From Monocercomonoides exilis PA203 (taxonomy: Eukaryota > Protista > Preaxostyla), in the NCBI GenBank assembly GCA_001643675.2, contig LSRY02000024.1, positions 682,001 to 746,000 of the forward strand: a stretch of DNA of 64,000 nucleotides. The letters run 5' to 3'. The translations under genes and the position numbers were made by a program. The first letter of the stretch is position 1, and each line of letters opens with the position of its first letter. Under the pieces are notes generated by a model. The model made no database searches, was not told the DNA's origin, and was given only the letters and a program-made list of their open reading frames with translations. This document shows positions 1-12,200 of this stretch, one piece after another.

Positions 1-352
1 ATGACGTGACAGTATTTATTCAAAAGAGGATTATTTAGCTGAGAAATACTCAAGAATTGAGAAAATGAAAATGAAAAAAAATGAAAGTCAGTTAGGAAAT
101 TAAAAAACTGTATGAAAATTTAAAGAAATCCAAGTGATCTACAAAGAAAGCATGCTAAGTGCAACACATAATCATATAATCACATCTATAAATTTCATTT
201 TTTTTTTCTCCGTTCAAATAAATAAAACATATTCTCCCTCTTCCTCTTCCTCCTCCTCTCCTTCCTATTTCTTTTCAATCCAAAATCCCCTAATCTCCCT
301 TCTCTTTCTCTCCACCTTCCCCTATCCCTTTGTCTCTTCCCTTTTTTTTTTA

Positions 353-3286
353 TTAGTGTCTTCTTCTGTGTGAAAGAGTCTGCACCATTCCTTCTGATAG
401 CTGTGTTAGCTGCTGTGTGATCATCGAAGGCGCCTCTTTGAACGAGATTCCATGCACAGACATCTTCAGATGCGGGTGAATGTCACTCAGCGGATCCTCT
501 TTCTGTGTTGCATCGCCTGATTGCGCAGAAGAGGAAGAAGCAGCTGAAGAAGAAGACGAAGACGAAGAAGACGAAGAAGAAGAAGATGATGAAGACAAAG
601 CAGAACCTCCTCCCAATCCCGAATTCGCCGACGAGTTCGCCTTCATCTCCTCCGCCAGTGCAAACGAAGGTCCCTTGTACTGCAGATACGACGGGGCTCT
701 GTACATCAGCGCCGCTGCCCCGCCTCCTCTGAGCGAGGCCGTCACACTGCGATGCCTCCTCCCTGCTGTCTGCGAGCGCATTCCGCCGTCCCCACCAAGC
801 GAAGACGCAGCCGATGCAGCTGATTTCCCACCCCACAAACTGCCACTGGGCGTCGACGCAAACGCCACAATGTTCTCTCCTTCCCAGCCTGCACCAGCCT
901 CGTCCAGCTCGTCGATGTCCATCTCTCCATTCAGAATCAGATTCTCCTCTTCTTTCTGCTTCGCTGCTGCTGTCATCCCTGCTGCTGCTCCGCCCAGCAT
1001 CGTCTGGCTGCCTGAAAATAGACCCTGCGCATCTGAGCCATATGCACCTGAAGATGATGCAGACGACGCAGAAGAAGAAGAGGCGCCAATAAGCTCTGCC
1101 TGCTGCTCTTTCCTTTCTCTCAGTCTCTTCTTCCGGTCTTCTTCTTCCATTTGCACCTGACGAGCGATCTCCAGCGGGGACACCAGCTGATAATCTTTGA
1201 AGTTGTCAGCGCTTCTCTTCCCTCTCGAAGACACTGGAGCAAACTGCCCCGAATTCACAGAGTTAGATAGAGAGCCAGCAGAAAAAGCAGAGGAAGAGGA
1301 AGAAGGCGAAGTGGCAGGTGCAGGTGTAGACGCAGCGGAGGGGCTCATTGAGCTGACACTCGACATGCTCCCTGCTGTGCCTGGCCTTGCGCGAGTGGAA
1401 GAAGAGGCAGAAGAAGAAGCATAAGCTCCGCCTGTCTGATGCCTCGCCCCACGCGCCGCAATCACCTGCTGGTGCCTTGCCCGCTCGCCGATCTCCAAAA
1501 ACAGGCCAAACGAGTTCTGTGTCTCTTCGGAGAACATCTTCTTCTTCTTTGTCTGCGACAGCGGCACAACTGTTGTCAAGAAGCCGTCCAGCGGGCGCCT
1601 CGTGTGGCGTGTGGCGGTGTTGTCTTCTTTGCCTTTCTCTTTTCGACTGGCTGTACCACTGCGCGACGCCTGCTGCGTACCAGAAGAAGATGACGCCTTG
1701 TACCCCTCAGAGCGCATTGTGCCGTTGTTGTACCCGCCTTCTTCTTCATGTGATGGCGCTCTTTGCCTCACAGATGGCGGAGAAGCAGCGTCTGTATAGG
1801 ATCCCTCACCACCACTGTCTCTTGATTGCCACTGCGAATTGAATGATCGTTCACGTGGCGTCATGAAGTTCTCATCCCCTGACGAGTCTGCAGTCGAAGC
1901 GCTGCTCCCTTTCCTTTCGTGGCCTCTGCCGTCTCTGTCGTACTCTTCATACTCAATCCCTTCGTTCCGCCAGATTCCCTTTTGCCTTCCCCCCGTGCTC
2001 CCATCTGCACCGACCCACCGGCTGCCCTTTCCTTCCTCTTCCTCCAGCTTTCTCCTCGCCCTGCGCACTATCCCTCCGCGCGTCTCTTTCAGTGCCTTTG
2101 AAGTGTCCCCCGACATCTGCCGTGTCGCTACTTTCGCTAAAAATGTGCTTTCGTAGTCTCTTTGAATGCGCCGCGGGTCGAAATCGTACCGCTGCCGGCC
2201 AGACATCGGCCGCACCTGGTACGTCGAGCGGGTGGCAGACAGAGAGGAGGCCGTGTAGCCTGGATGGTAGCTCTGCGTCTGCTGCCGCGAGCTGAGTCGA
2301 CTACCGCCATCGCCATACATCGAATTCTGCGTCAATGATAGCACTTCCCCCCTCTCTCTTACCATCCCTTCTCCACTTCCGCCATTCGCAGTGGTTCCCT
2401 CTCCACTACCGCCAAATAGGATGCTTCCTCTGCTTGTCGATGCATATGTCCCGCGGCTGCTCGGCCGCTCACCGCTGGCGCTGCTAAGCGCGCCGCTGCT
2501 GGACGGGCGAAAAGAACTTGCTGAAAGAGCTACTGATCCGCTGGGCGAGATTGGCGAACGGCTTGTGGCGGGTGAGGCGTCGGTGGCGGGCGGAGGAAGG
2601 CCGGATACGGCGATTGTCGATGGGATGTATTCCAGGCGTTGGAGAGATGGATGAGAGGGCTGGTAGGTTTTGTGAACAGATGTGCAATGAATTATTTGAT
2701 GGTTTTCATAATGTCAAATGTGTTGTCAACCAAGCATCAACATTAATATTAACATAAAAAGCAAAATTATTTTATGAAAAAATTAATCAAGCTATACTAG
2801 CGTTATATTTCTTATTGTGGCTGTCTCTGAACGAGAATTTCTTGATGCAGTCCCCAATAAACTTCTGTTGCTTCGCATTGTTCCCAGGTTTGTTTCTTCC
2901 ATTGATTCCATTTCAAGTACCTATCAATGTGCGCAATGAAATAATTACTTAGAAAAAATGCAAAAAGTGGTGGAATACTTCTTGATATGGAGTTGTATGT
3001 CTCACAAGGATATCTTCTAATTCAGAAGTGTCAACTGATCCAAAATGTTTTTCAAGTGTTTTTTGTGGAATTTTCCCTTCTTTTACCAAATCTATTATTC
3101 GAAGATGAGAAATAGGTATGTCATAATCCTTGGAAAAATATTAATAAAGAATCAAATTGTTATTTAGAGCAAAATTGTGCAAATGCAAACGCTATAAGAT
3201 TCTTTCATTCTTGAAATCATCACGTTCTCTAATCCAAAGGATTCGTGATATGTTTCATCAGGAACTGCTGGATCTATTCCAGACAT
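353..3286 (-). CDS. Hypothetical Ser/Gly-rich, largely disordered protein (4 exons)
   Basis: ATG at 3286 (MSGIDPAVPDETYHESF...). Three in-frame GT-AG introns (donors GTTTGC, GTATTC, GTATAG) join it to a last exon starting at 2659 that runs in frame into the 353..2365 ORF. TAA at 353. No recognisable domain. Confidence 0.75.
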
Positions 3287-3767
3287 TTTTCTGAGAAATT
3301 TATAAAAAATGAAAAATGTCATCAAAAAATATTTGTTAACATTTTAAAAATGAAAGCATTTAATAGTATTCATAGACATGAATTCTATATAATGTAATTT
3401 AAAGAATAAAATCCAAACCTCGTTTTTGAAAGAGAAGAAGGAGGATGAACATTATTTAATGTTTTTCGCTTTTCAGAAAGTAAGCTAAGTCCATCTTGAG
3501 CCATTTGCGATGGCACAGACTGAATGCTTCTTGGAGATACAGGTATTAAATGAGAATCGTGCATAAACCAGAATTATTTACAATTATTTGATTGCGATTA
3601 AAAACTGCAAAGATCTTATTGAACGAAAATATCGTTTCTTTACAAAATACGCTAAATACGATATTGTTAAATGATTTACGATATTTTTTTCCTCAACAAC
3701 AAAGTTGTCACCCATAAGAAAACTATAAAAAAGTTACTGTTTTTTTGTACACATTTTTGAGTATTTC

Positions 3768-5259
3768 ATGATTAATAATCTTTATGGTAAGTCAATGAAT
3801 TCTTGAGTGTAATTTTTTTCTTTTATAGTTTGTTTTTTACATTATTCTTTTTTCAGAACAAATCGAATTATTGTTGAATCGAGCATCTGAAGTCGAAGAT
3901 GACGATATACAGTCCATTACAAATAATTTATTAACTTTACCTCCGCAACCGCAAAGTTATTACAGAAGGATATCAGTAGATAAACTTGGAATTTTAATCA
4001 TAAATCAAGATGCTCATTTTACACCTTTTTTAAGACTTCTTGAAGCTATCGCTTTTAAAGGATTTGAATGTCAACTGGAATACCAGTGCAATTTGTTCAA
4101 TCTTCAATTTAAACGATTAGGGATCGTGAAATTTCTTTTGGGGATATGTGAACAAACAGATAATTTTGAAGAACTTAAATTATGTGCACTTTTCATTTCT
4201 CTTGCAATGAAGAATTTGGAAATGAGTCGGAAACATCTGGCTTTGATTTGCGATATTCTTATGAAAACTGTAGATCAAGCAAATTGTTCAACTTCTTCAA
4301 CTTACATTTCTCATGCTCTCTGCGGTTTGGTTGGATTATGCGAATCATATTCTAACAGACCCTTCGTTTACGGAAAAATTCAATACAGCACACTTATTGA
4401 ATGCCTGAATTCTCAAGATACTGTTGTTGTATGGAGAGCTCTTAGGCTATTTGAAATGTGCTTGATTGATGTTGTTGAACGAAAAAAGCTTTCGAAAGAA
4501 CAAGAGTTTTTGGAAGCAATACAGGAATGTTGCATTCGTTTTGTATTACCATTAATTGATTCACACGAGAAAAGAAAGGCAGAAGCAACTGAAAATAAAA
4601 AAAATGATGTTTCGCAGGAATCTTTGGATAAAGAGTCTATAAATCCAATTAATCAAAATATTGGTCAAGCAAAAACTACCAATTCATTGCCAAATATTGA
4701 AGACCACTCTACTTCGATTAATGCAGTTGGTATAACCAAATCGATACTTATTCTTTTATGCAATTTCGCTGAGTCGGACTTTGGCTGCAACCTCCTTTGC
4801 CAAATGCCAACTGTGATGAAATGCATTCATGAGTTAATTCCGACAAATCCTTTTTCTCCTTCAATTTCTCAATATTCGCTCGAATTGATTGAAAGTGTCT
4901 TCATTCACTTTACAGAATCAGAATGTATTTTCAGTTTGATACAGTGCGGAATTATAGACAAAGTTATTTATATGCTTATTGGAATTACAAATTCTGAAAT
5001 TCATAAAACATCGTTGATCATTGTTAAAAGGTTTTTCGATTTCTGTGAGGAAAAAATTGTACACATAGCAAGTAATGTTCCCAAAGATCCTTCGTTGCTT
5101 TCTCAAATGCAGTCAGAGCATGAGCAACGTCAACTTGTGCGTTTTCGTCATGCTATTGAATTATTTGAAGAGGAAGGGCTTTCTGATATTGAAACTGCAT
5201 TTTATCATCATCAGTATGTTTCATTTTTCAAGCAAACGGTAGATGTGCATGTGCCATGA
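3768..5259 (+). CDS. Hypothetical helical (ARM/HEAT-like) protein (2 exons)
   Basis: ATG 3768 (MINNLY), phase-1 intron 3787-3856 (GTAAGT...TTTCAG), then the 462-aa ORF. Leu/Ile/Cys-rich amphipathic helices typical of ARM-type folds. The fold is an inference. Confidence 0.7.
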
Positions 5260-5415
5260 AGAAAATGTAATTATGAAAATGATACAGAAAATCTTTTAAA
5301 AGAAGATAGTTTTGAATTGATCAATAATTCCCAATATTAAAAGAAATGATTATGAGCAGGAAATAACTTTTTGTTCTTCTCCTTCTTCGAGAAATTGGAA
5401 TTTCTTTGAAAATTT

Positions 5416-6532
5416 ATGAAAGGTTTTTTGCTTTTTTCGTTTGATTCGTTGTGATGAAATCGTTGACAAAACATTTTTTTTAAAAAAATAATAGACATCT
5501 TTCCTTTATCTCGTTTTTTGCTATCACCGTTTCAACAACTCTCAAAAATTCCAAAATCTCCCGAGATACTTGATGTTTCGTTGATGAACTCGTTTAAATC
5601 GTTCATTATCAACATTCATCTAGAGAACGAGCTACGTTGTTTTGGAGAATGGCTAAAAAATCGTTCGGATCGTTCAAACATTTTTATTGCAGCAAATTTT
5701 AAAAGTATTGAAATTTAAAGTTGTTTGCTTATTTAAATAATTTTTTCGTTCTTTTTTCAAAGTTCAACCAATCAGCTATTCAGAACTTTCGGAAGATGTT
5801 CCTGAAGAAGAAGAAACTGACATCATCGCCCTCGCTATAGATGAAGTTTCAAGAAATTTATTTCTTGCTTTGTATTTTTTGGATAGGCATATCGATGTTT
5901 TCTTGTTTGATCCCGGAGATCTGTTTCTTTTGCATGGTGATGGAGCTTTATCAAATGACAACACAAATAGAATCCTAAAGTGGATTCAGTTTTTTTCCTC
6001 TCAAATTGATTCACAAAAAATAAAGGTATTTTTAGTTTATTTATTTGGTTCCCATGTAATGTGCATTTGAACTTTTTTTTTATTTTTTTCAGGAATATGG
6101 ATTTACAAATATACCATTGCAATCTTTTAACATTCTTCAGCGCATGGCAATTGAAGGAGATTTTCATGCACCCAAATATCTTTAGTTTGCAATTTTTATT
6201 TTTTTTAATTTGCGAAATAAAGAGGATAATATTTTTTCAATCATAAAACTTTCACTCAATTTTTAATGAATTTTTGGGGAAAAAATTGTTTTTCTTTCTT
6301 TTCTTTCTTTTCTTTTTTTATCTTTTTAAATGCCCATTTTATTAATTTGATAGCACACAGCATGTTTCGACTCAAACTATCGATCCGCGAATTCCTCGCG
6401 AGCTGGCATTGTTCAGCCAGCAGATGCTTCTTCCTCCACTATTGGAATCATCTGCTTCTCTTGCATCTAAGACACCCAATGCACCAAATGATACATCATC
6501 ATCAACATCAGCAGCATCAATGACATCACCAT

Positions 6533-6563
<31 letters not shown>

Positions 6564-8241
6564 GTCTTCTTCTTCTTCTTCTCTTCCTCCTCCTACTTCT
6601 TCTTCTTCTTCTTCAATGGAACCGTCTCCACAAGAAACCCAGCCTCTTCCAATGGGCATTGGCGAAATCTCTCCCTTGTGCATCTTCACAGTCATCCACT
6701 GGCTCCTCTCCTCTCTCAGTCTATCGCCTGGCTCTCCAGTCCTCCACTCGCCTTCCTCTGTCTCCACCACCCCTGCTCTTTCTTCTCTTTCTAATCTTTC
6801 TGCTCTGTCTAATCTTTCTTCTCTTAATAATATTTCTAACATTTCTAACATTTCTTCTCAATCTTCTCAATCTTCTCAGTCTTCACAGCCCACTCAACTG
6901 CCAAGCTCAGGGCTGATGCTGATGAAGCTGGCGAATAAAGTCAAAATGGCACCGTTGGATGTCGCCTTTGCGTGTGCCCTGTCGCATCCGCTTGGCCAGT
7001 TTGTGGTTGTCCCTCCGTTTCCTCACTGTGTTGTGTCATCCATCATTGAAAACAATCAGCATCAGAATCAGAAGAATCAGCAGTATCAGCAGCAGAACCA
7101 GCTGAATCATCAGCCTCCGTCAATGAATTCACCATGTGATTCGTCAGATGGAGTGGCATCTTCAATGGGGAATCCAATGGATCAATCACAACAGTCCTCT
7201 TCATCATCATCTTCTTCTGCTTCTTCTTCTTCTGCTTCTGCTTCTTCTTCGATTACTTCTTTCCCTCCTCCACAGCCAACCATTCCATTACATCAGATCC
7301 AGAATCAAAGCCAGAATCAAAATCCAAACCAAAGCCAAAATCAGTCTCAAAATATGAATTCTTATCAACAGCAACAACAACATCAGCAACAATCACAGCA
7401 ACAGCAATATCAGCAATATCAACAAGAGCAATACCAACAACAATTAGAGTGCAATCTTCCCCTTGTCCGGTCAACAAACTCGTTTCACACAGAAAGCGCT
7501 GAATCTTCGCCTCAGCAGAGGACAAAGCCAGTTGTTGAGTGGATGAAGAAAGTGGTTGCTCTTTCTTCGGCTTCTGCTTCAATACTGAATTCTCCTTCAG
7601 CATTGAATGAATTTGGATCAGTTTCTGTTGATTCAGTTAACTTTTCCTCTTCTTCCTCTTCTTCTTCTTCGTCGTCGTCTTCCTCATCATCATCATCTTC
7701 TTCTTCTTCCGACACTTCTCCTTCTTCTCCCTCTCCTTCTTCTTCTCCCTCTTTCCCCACGGTTGGCTCTTCCCTCCTTCTTGAATACGAAGACATGATG
7801 TCATCTGAGCTTCTGTGCTACACTCAGAACAAGCTCCGTTCAGTTCCTCGTGCTTCTTCTCCGTCTCATCTTTCCTTTTATCCCACTCCTCCGCCTCCGC
7901 CTTCTCCTTCTTCTTCTCCTTCTTCTTCTCCTTCTTCTTCTTCTTCTCTTTCTCCTCATTCCCATTCTCCTCGCTCTCCTTCTGGAGAACAACAGACAGA
8001 ACAGAACAATTCAGAGATTCGGTCTTCCCAGAGACAGCACGTTCAACGCAATCAGCAAAATCAACGTTATCGCCAGTATCATCAACAACAACAACAGCCA
8101 AATGTGCCATCAATGGATATGGAGGCAGAGATGCCTGCTTTCTCTCCTTTTGAAGAGCAGGAATCGCAACAGCAACAGCAACAGCAGCAGCAGCAGCAGC
8201 AAGTTTCAGTTCAAACACCGTCTCGTTGTGCCATTTTGTAA
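5416..8241 (+). CDS. Hypothetical Ser/Gln/Pro-rich protein with C-terminal CaaX box (5 exons)
   Basis: ATG AAA G at 5416-5422, then four in-frame GT-AG introns (donors at 5423, 5705, 6026, 6186) link exons DIFPLSRFLL..., QPISYSEL..., EYGFTNIP... and TQHVSTQ... into ORF 6409..8241. It ends RCAIL-TAA. Confidence 0.7.
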
Positions 8242-8428
8242 TCAAGTTATTTTTTTTTTTATTGGCACTTTTCGAATTTTTATATCCAAAAAGAAGAATT
8301 AAAATTTTAGAAAACGAAAGATTTCATGGTATTTTTATTTCAATTTTATGAAACAAGAACGAAACGAAAAAAGCTTTATATTAACATAGAATAACAATTT
8401 TTTGTGTTTTAGAGTCTTTCTTTGATGT

Positions 8429-9185
8429 TCAAGTCTCTGTCTGAGGAATCCTGGCTTCAATATATGGAATATAAACTTTGAAATCAAGAATCCAAACAGA
8501 ACTTTTGCAAAGCCATTCGCAATCAAGCTGTTCTCCTTCGATAGAAACAATTCCTTTTTTAACATTAACTCCGAGTATATCAACAAGTATTAGCCTGTAT
8601 TGATTGGAATTATCTTCAGATGGAATGCAAACGCTTGCGGGAACAGATTGAACATCTTCAAGTTGTGAATCACTATGAATTTCCGAACTTAACGGAGAGC
8701 TCATGTCTTCTTTCTTAGTTTCCGTGCTATTCGGTTCAACACATATTAGCCAGGCTTTTCCAAATCCCTCAACATCACTTAATCCTGGAGATAAATCCTT
8801 CACAAAACGAAGCTCTCCTTTGGCCCTTTGAGGACTAGAAGGCGAAGCTTGTGTAAGATTTGTAAACGTTGCAATTCTTACATATGGAAAAGTGGAAGGA
8901 GTCGGAAGATGAATATCAGCGAACACTTTCTCAATCATTTCTTTTGGAGTTTCTAAATCAAAAAAAATACTGATTAATATAAAGATATGATAAATAAATA
9001 CCTTCAATTACGCTTTCTTCAAATTTGCTTTTGTAGTCTGTGATTTTCCTTATTCGTTCAGAAAGAAGAAGAGAAGCATGACTTCTTTGCTGAGTTAATT
9101 TGTTTAATTGCTTTGAAGTTAGATCTATTTCATCGTCAATGAGTTTTAAATAAGTTTGAAGTTCATTTAGCTCAGCATTAGCCAT
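8429..9185 (-). CDS. Hypothetical protein with N-terminal coiled coil (2 exons)
   Basis: ORF 8958..9185 (MANAELNELQ..., heptad pattern) is spliced via a short phase-1 intron (G|GTATTT...TTTAG|AA) to ORF 8429..9007. Confidence 0.7.
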
Positions 9186-9234
9186 TTGATAAAAATAAAA
9201 TTTAGTTTTGGGTGGATACCATAAGTGGACTAAT

Positions 9235-12200
9235 ATGACAACTCAACCTATTTCCACAACAATAGCTCGCCTTGAGCGGGCTATGGAAGTCACTCTATCC
9301 CCATTGGATACACTTTTTGATACCACTGCACCAGCGATTAACAGCGAAACGGAACAGCTTGTTGGTGTAACATTTTCAGATCCAAATGATATACCACTCC
9401 AGAATCCATGGGAATTCAAAGATTCAATAGCTTTTGATAATATTGTGCAACGAGAATTGGATATTGTTGCAGATTTGGTTTGAATATCTCTGTCTTTTAC
9501 TTAAGATAATTTTGCAATCATACTTGAAAATTGGTCAAATTTTGTTCCAGAATCGTTTCATAACGGATGGTTATCAATTTGCTGCAACAATGTATGGACA
9601 GAGGACTATTGTGCCCGCTTTAGGAAAACTAATGGTACATATTTGCAAATTATTTTCAATTTTTATTTGATATAATCTTTTTCTTTGCGCTTAGAATCAA
9701 AAACAATTTTCTGAAAATACCAAAAGCCAAGTCACATCAAGGATGATTAAAATACTAGAGCAAGATATCGAACATCAATATTCATTCTTTCACTTCATCG
9801 AAGAATTCCATGCAACTCTTTGCTCAATCGTTGAAACAATTACAAGAATGGACCCCAAATTGGTATGCCACTCTGCATTTTTTTCTTTCTATATTTAAAT
9901 TGCAACTATTTTCCTTAATTAATTATTTTTCAGGCAATTCCATCTGAACCACTGCTTTTTGAGATTATTCGGGCACTTGATCTTCTTTTAATCTTAAATG
10001 AAGTTGCTCAGCGTAAGGACTCAAAAAGAAATGAGATTGGACTTTTTAATGAGTGTGCATTTTTTCAAATCCTATTCATTTTTCAATTTTTTTAAAAATC
10101 AATCAATCTTTATTTTTCTATTATGTGAAATTTAATTTGAACGTTATCAAACATAATTTTATTACAATCATTTTTTTTTTTTTTTTCAATATCGCAATAT
10201 TTCTTTTCTCCCATCTTCCCATTCGCCCCACACACCAGCCTCCGCAAGGCCTCCGAAGACTCAGTAAAAACCTCCATCACGACTGAGATGATGGCGCTAG
10301 TGGATGGGTACCTGCGAGAGGAGAACTCAGTCATCAAGCGCTTCCAGCAAAAGATCCACGGGATAACTGGGTCGTACCTGGTGTTTGTGGTGATCTGCAA
10401 TGAATGCACGCGGCTGTGGGAGCAGAAGGAGCAGTACCTGACGAATGTGAAGTATACTCTGCTGAAGGCAATGAGCGTGGGGATGCTGATGATTGAGGGA
10501 GGGTTCAAAATCACAGACAAGGACAAGGCGAAGCTATACAAAGGAGAAAAACTGCCTGTGCCGAAGGAGAAGACGTTCAATGTGTTCAAAAAGGGAGGGC
10601 TGGAGATCAACAAGCTGAAGGATGCGATTACATCGACTCCGTTTGTGCCGGTTTATATGGACATTTACATGGATGCTCTGAAATATGTGGCGATGGTATG
10701 AAATGTGTTGTGTTTTTTTTAAGAAGAAATTTTTTTAAAGCGAATTTGTTATTTGTTGAATGATTGTCCATTGACTGTTCGAATTGTTTTGTTGTTTTTA
10801 AAACAAAATTGGAATCTTTTCTTATTCATTTAATTAATTGTTAATTTTTATAAATTTTTTGATCACTCTTTTTTTTTATATTATCTTCTTTTTTTCAATG
10901 TTGAATATTCTTATTCAACCTTTTATATTTCAAAATCATTATTACCCCCTCTATTCATTCTCCTCCTTCCTTTTTCCTTTCATTTCCTTTCCTTCCCTTC
11001 CCTTCACCTTTCCCCATTCCCCCCTTCCCCCTTCTCCTTCTCCTTTCACCTTTCCTCTTCCTTTCATCTCCTTCCCAGTGTCCTTCTTATTCCAAAGGTG
11101 ACTGGAAGGCCAATACTCCTCCTGCCCCTGAAGCATTTCTGAAGCTGCGCCACGATGAAATCGAGCGTCAGCTCCAAAAAGTGTCTGGAGACTTTTTCAA
11201 TGCGCTGGAAAAGATGAAGAAGATGAAGAGCAACGAACAGAATTCAACTGCACCTTCGTCTTCTCCTGCTGCTGCTCCTTCTTCTTCAACTCCTTCTTCT
11301 TCTTCTTCTTCTTCCTCTTCCAATCTAACTGCCAAAAAGCAGCGAGTCCTCAGCCACACAGTGCGTATGGCTGTGCAAGAGGCCATTCATTATCTCGATG
11401 CTGCCACTCACTTCATAAGAGAATACCTTGCAATGAAATGTGGTATTGGACTAACACAGGAGCAGTTGAAGAAAGCACGGGAAGATGAGATCAAAACCAA
11501 AGGAGAGATAGAAAGATTGATGTTGGATGGAATTCCCGAAGAGAAGAAAATGGCGAACTGTGAGAAGATTTTCCGGTATGCGATGAGCGAAGAAGAGCGG
11601 CGGCTGCTGGGGGAGATGGTGATCTTAGTGAAAGAAGTGTCGAACTTGATTCTGGCGCACTGTGGAGAAGGAGTGAAAGGAAGGCTGTACACAGTGGAAG
11701 ACGGGGCAGGCAACGTCGATGCGCTGGTCAGGCAGAGCGTGTTTGCAGATGTGCAGAAGTTCATCCAGGACGACGTGAGGAAGATGATCGCGCACATGGC
11801 AAAAGGGAAGAAAACCGAGGCGCTGAAGATGATGCTGCAGCTCCGCGCGTTTGTGGCGTGCTGGGCGAGCGGAGAAGAGCCAGCGCAGGACAAAATCAGC
11901 GAGGGTGTATTTGACTCGAAGTATGTGGTGCCAGACATCGGGATTAAGGCAGTGCCGCCAAGACCCACACAGATGTTTGTCATCCGCAGCATCATCGGCA
12001 TACTTAGCAGCGACCGCTCGCCACACCTGGTGAAGTCTACATTTGGCTCCCCTTCAATCGACAAGGACGAACAAGAGTTCCTCCAAAGAGCAGACAAGCT
12101 GATGTATGATGCCCAGCTTATGCTGGATTCCTGTGTCACATTGCGCTTCTGCAGCGATTTAGGGCAGCTCTGGTTCCGAGAGGCGCTGTTGGATGACGAG

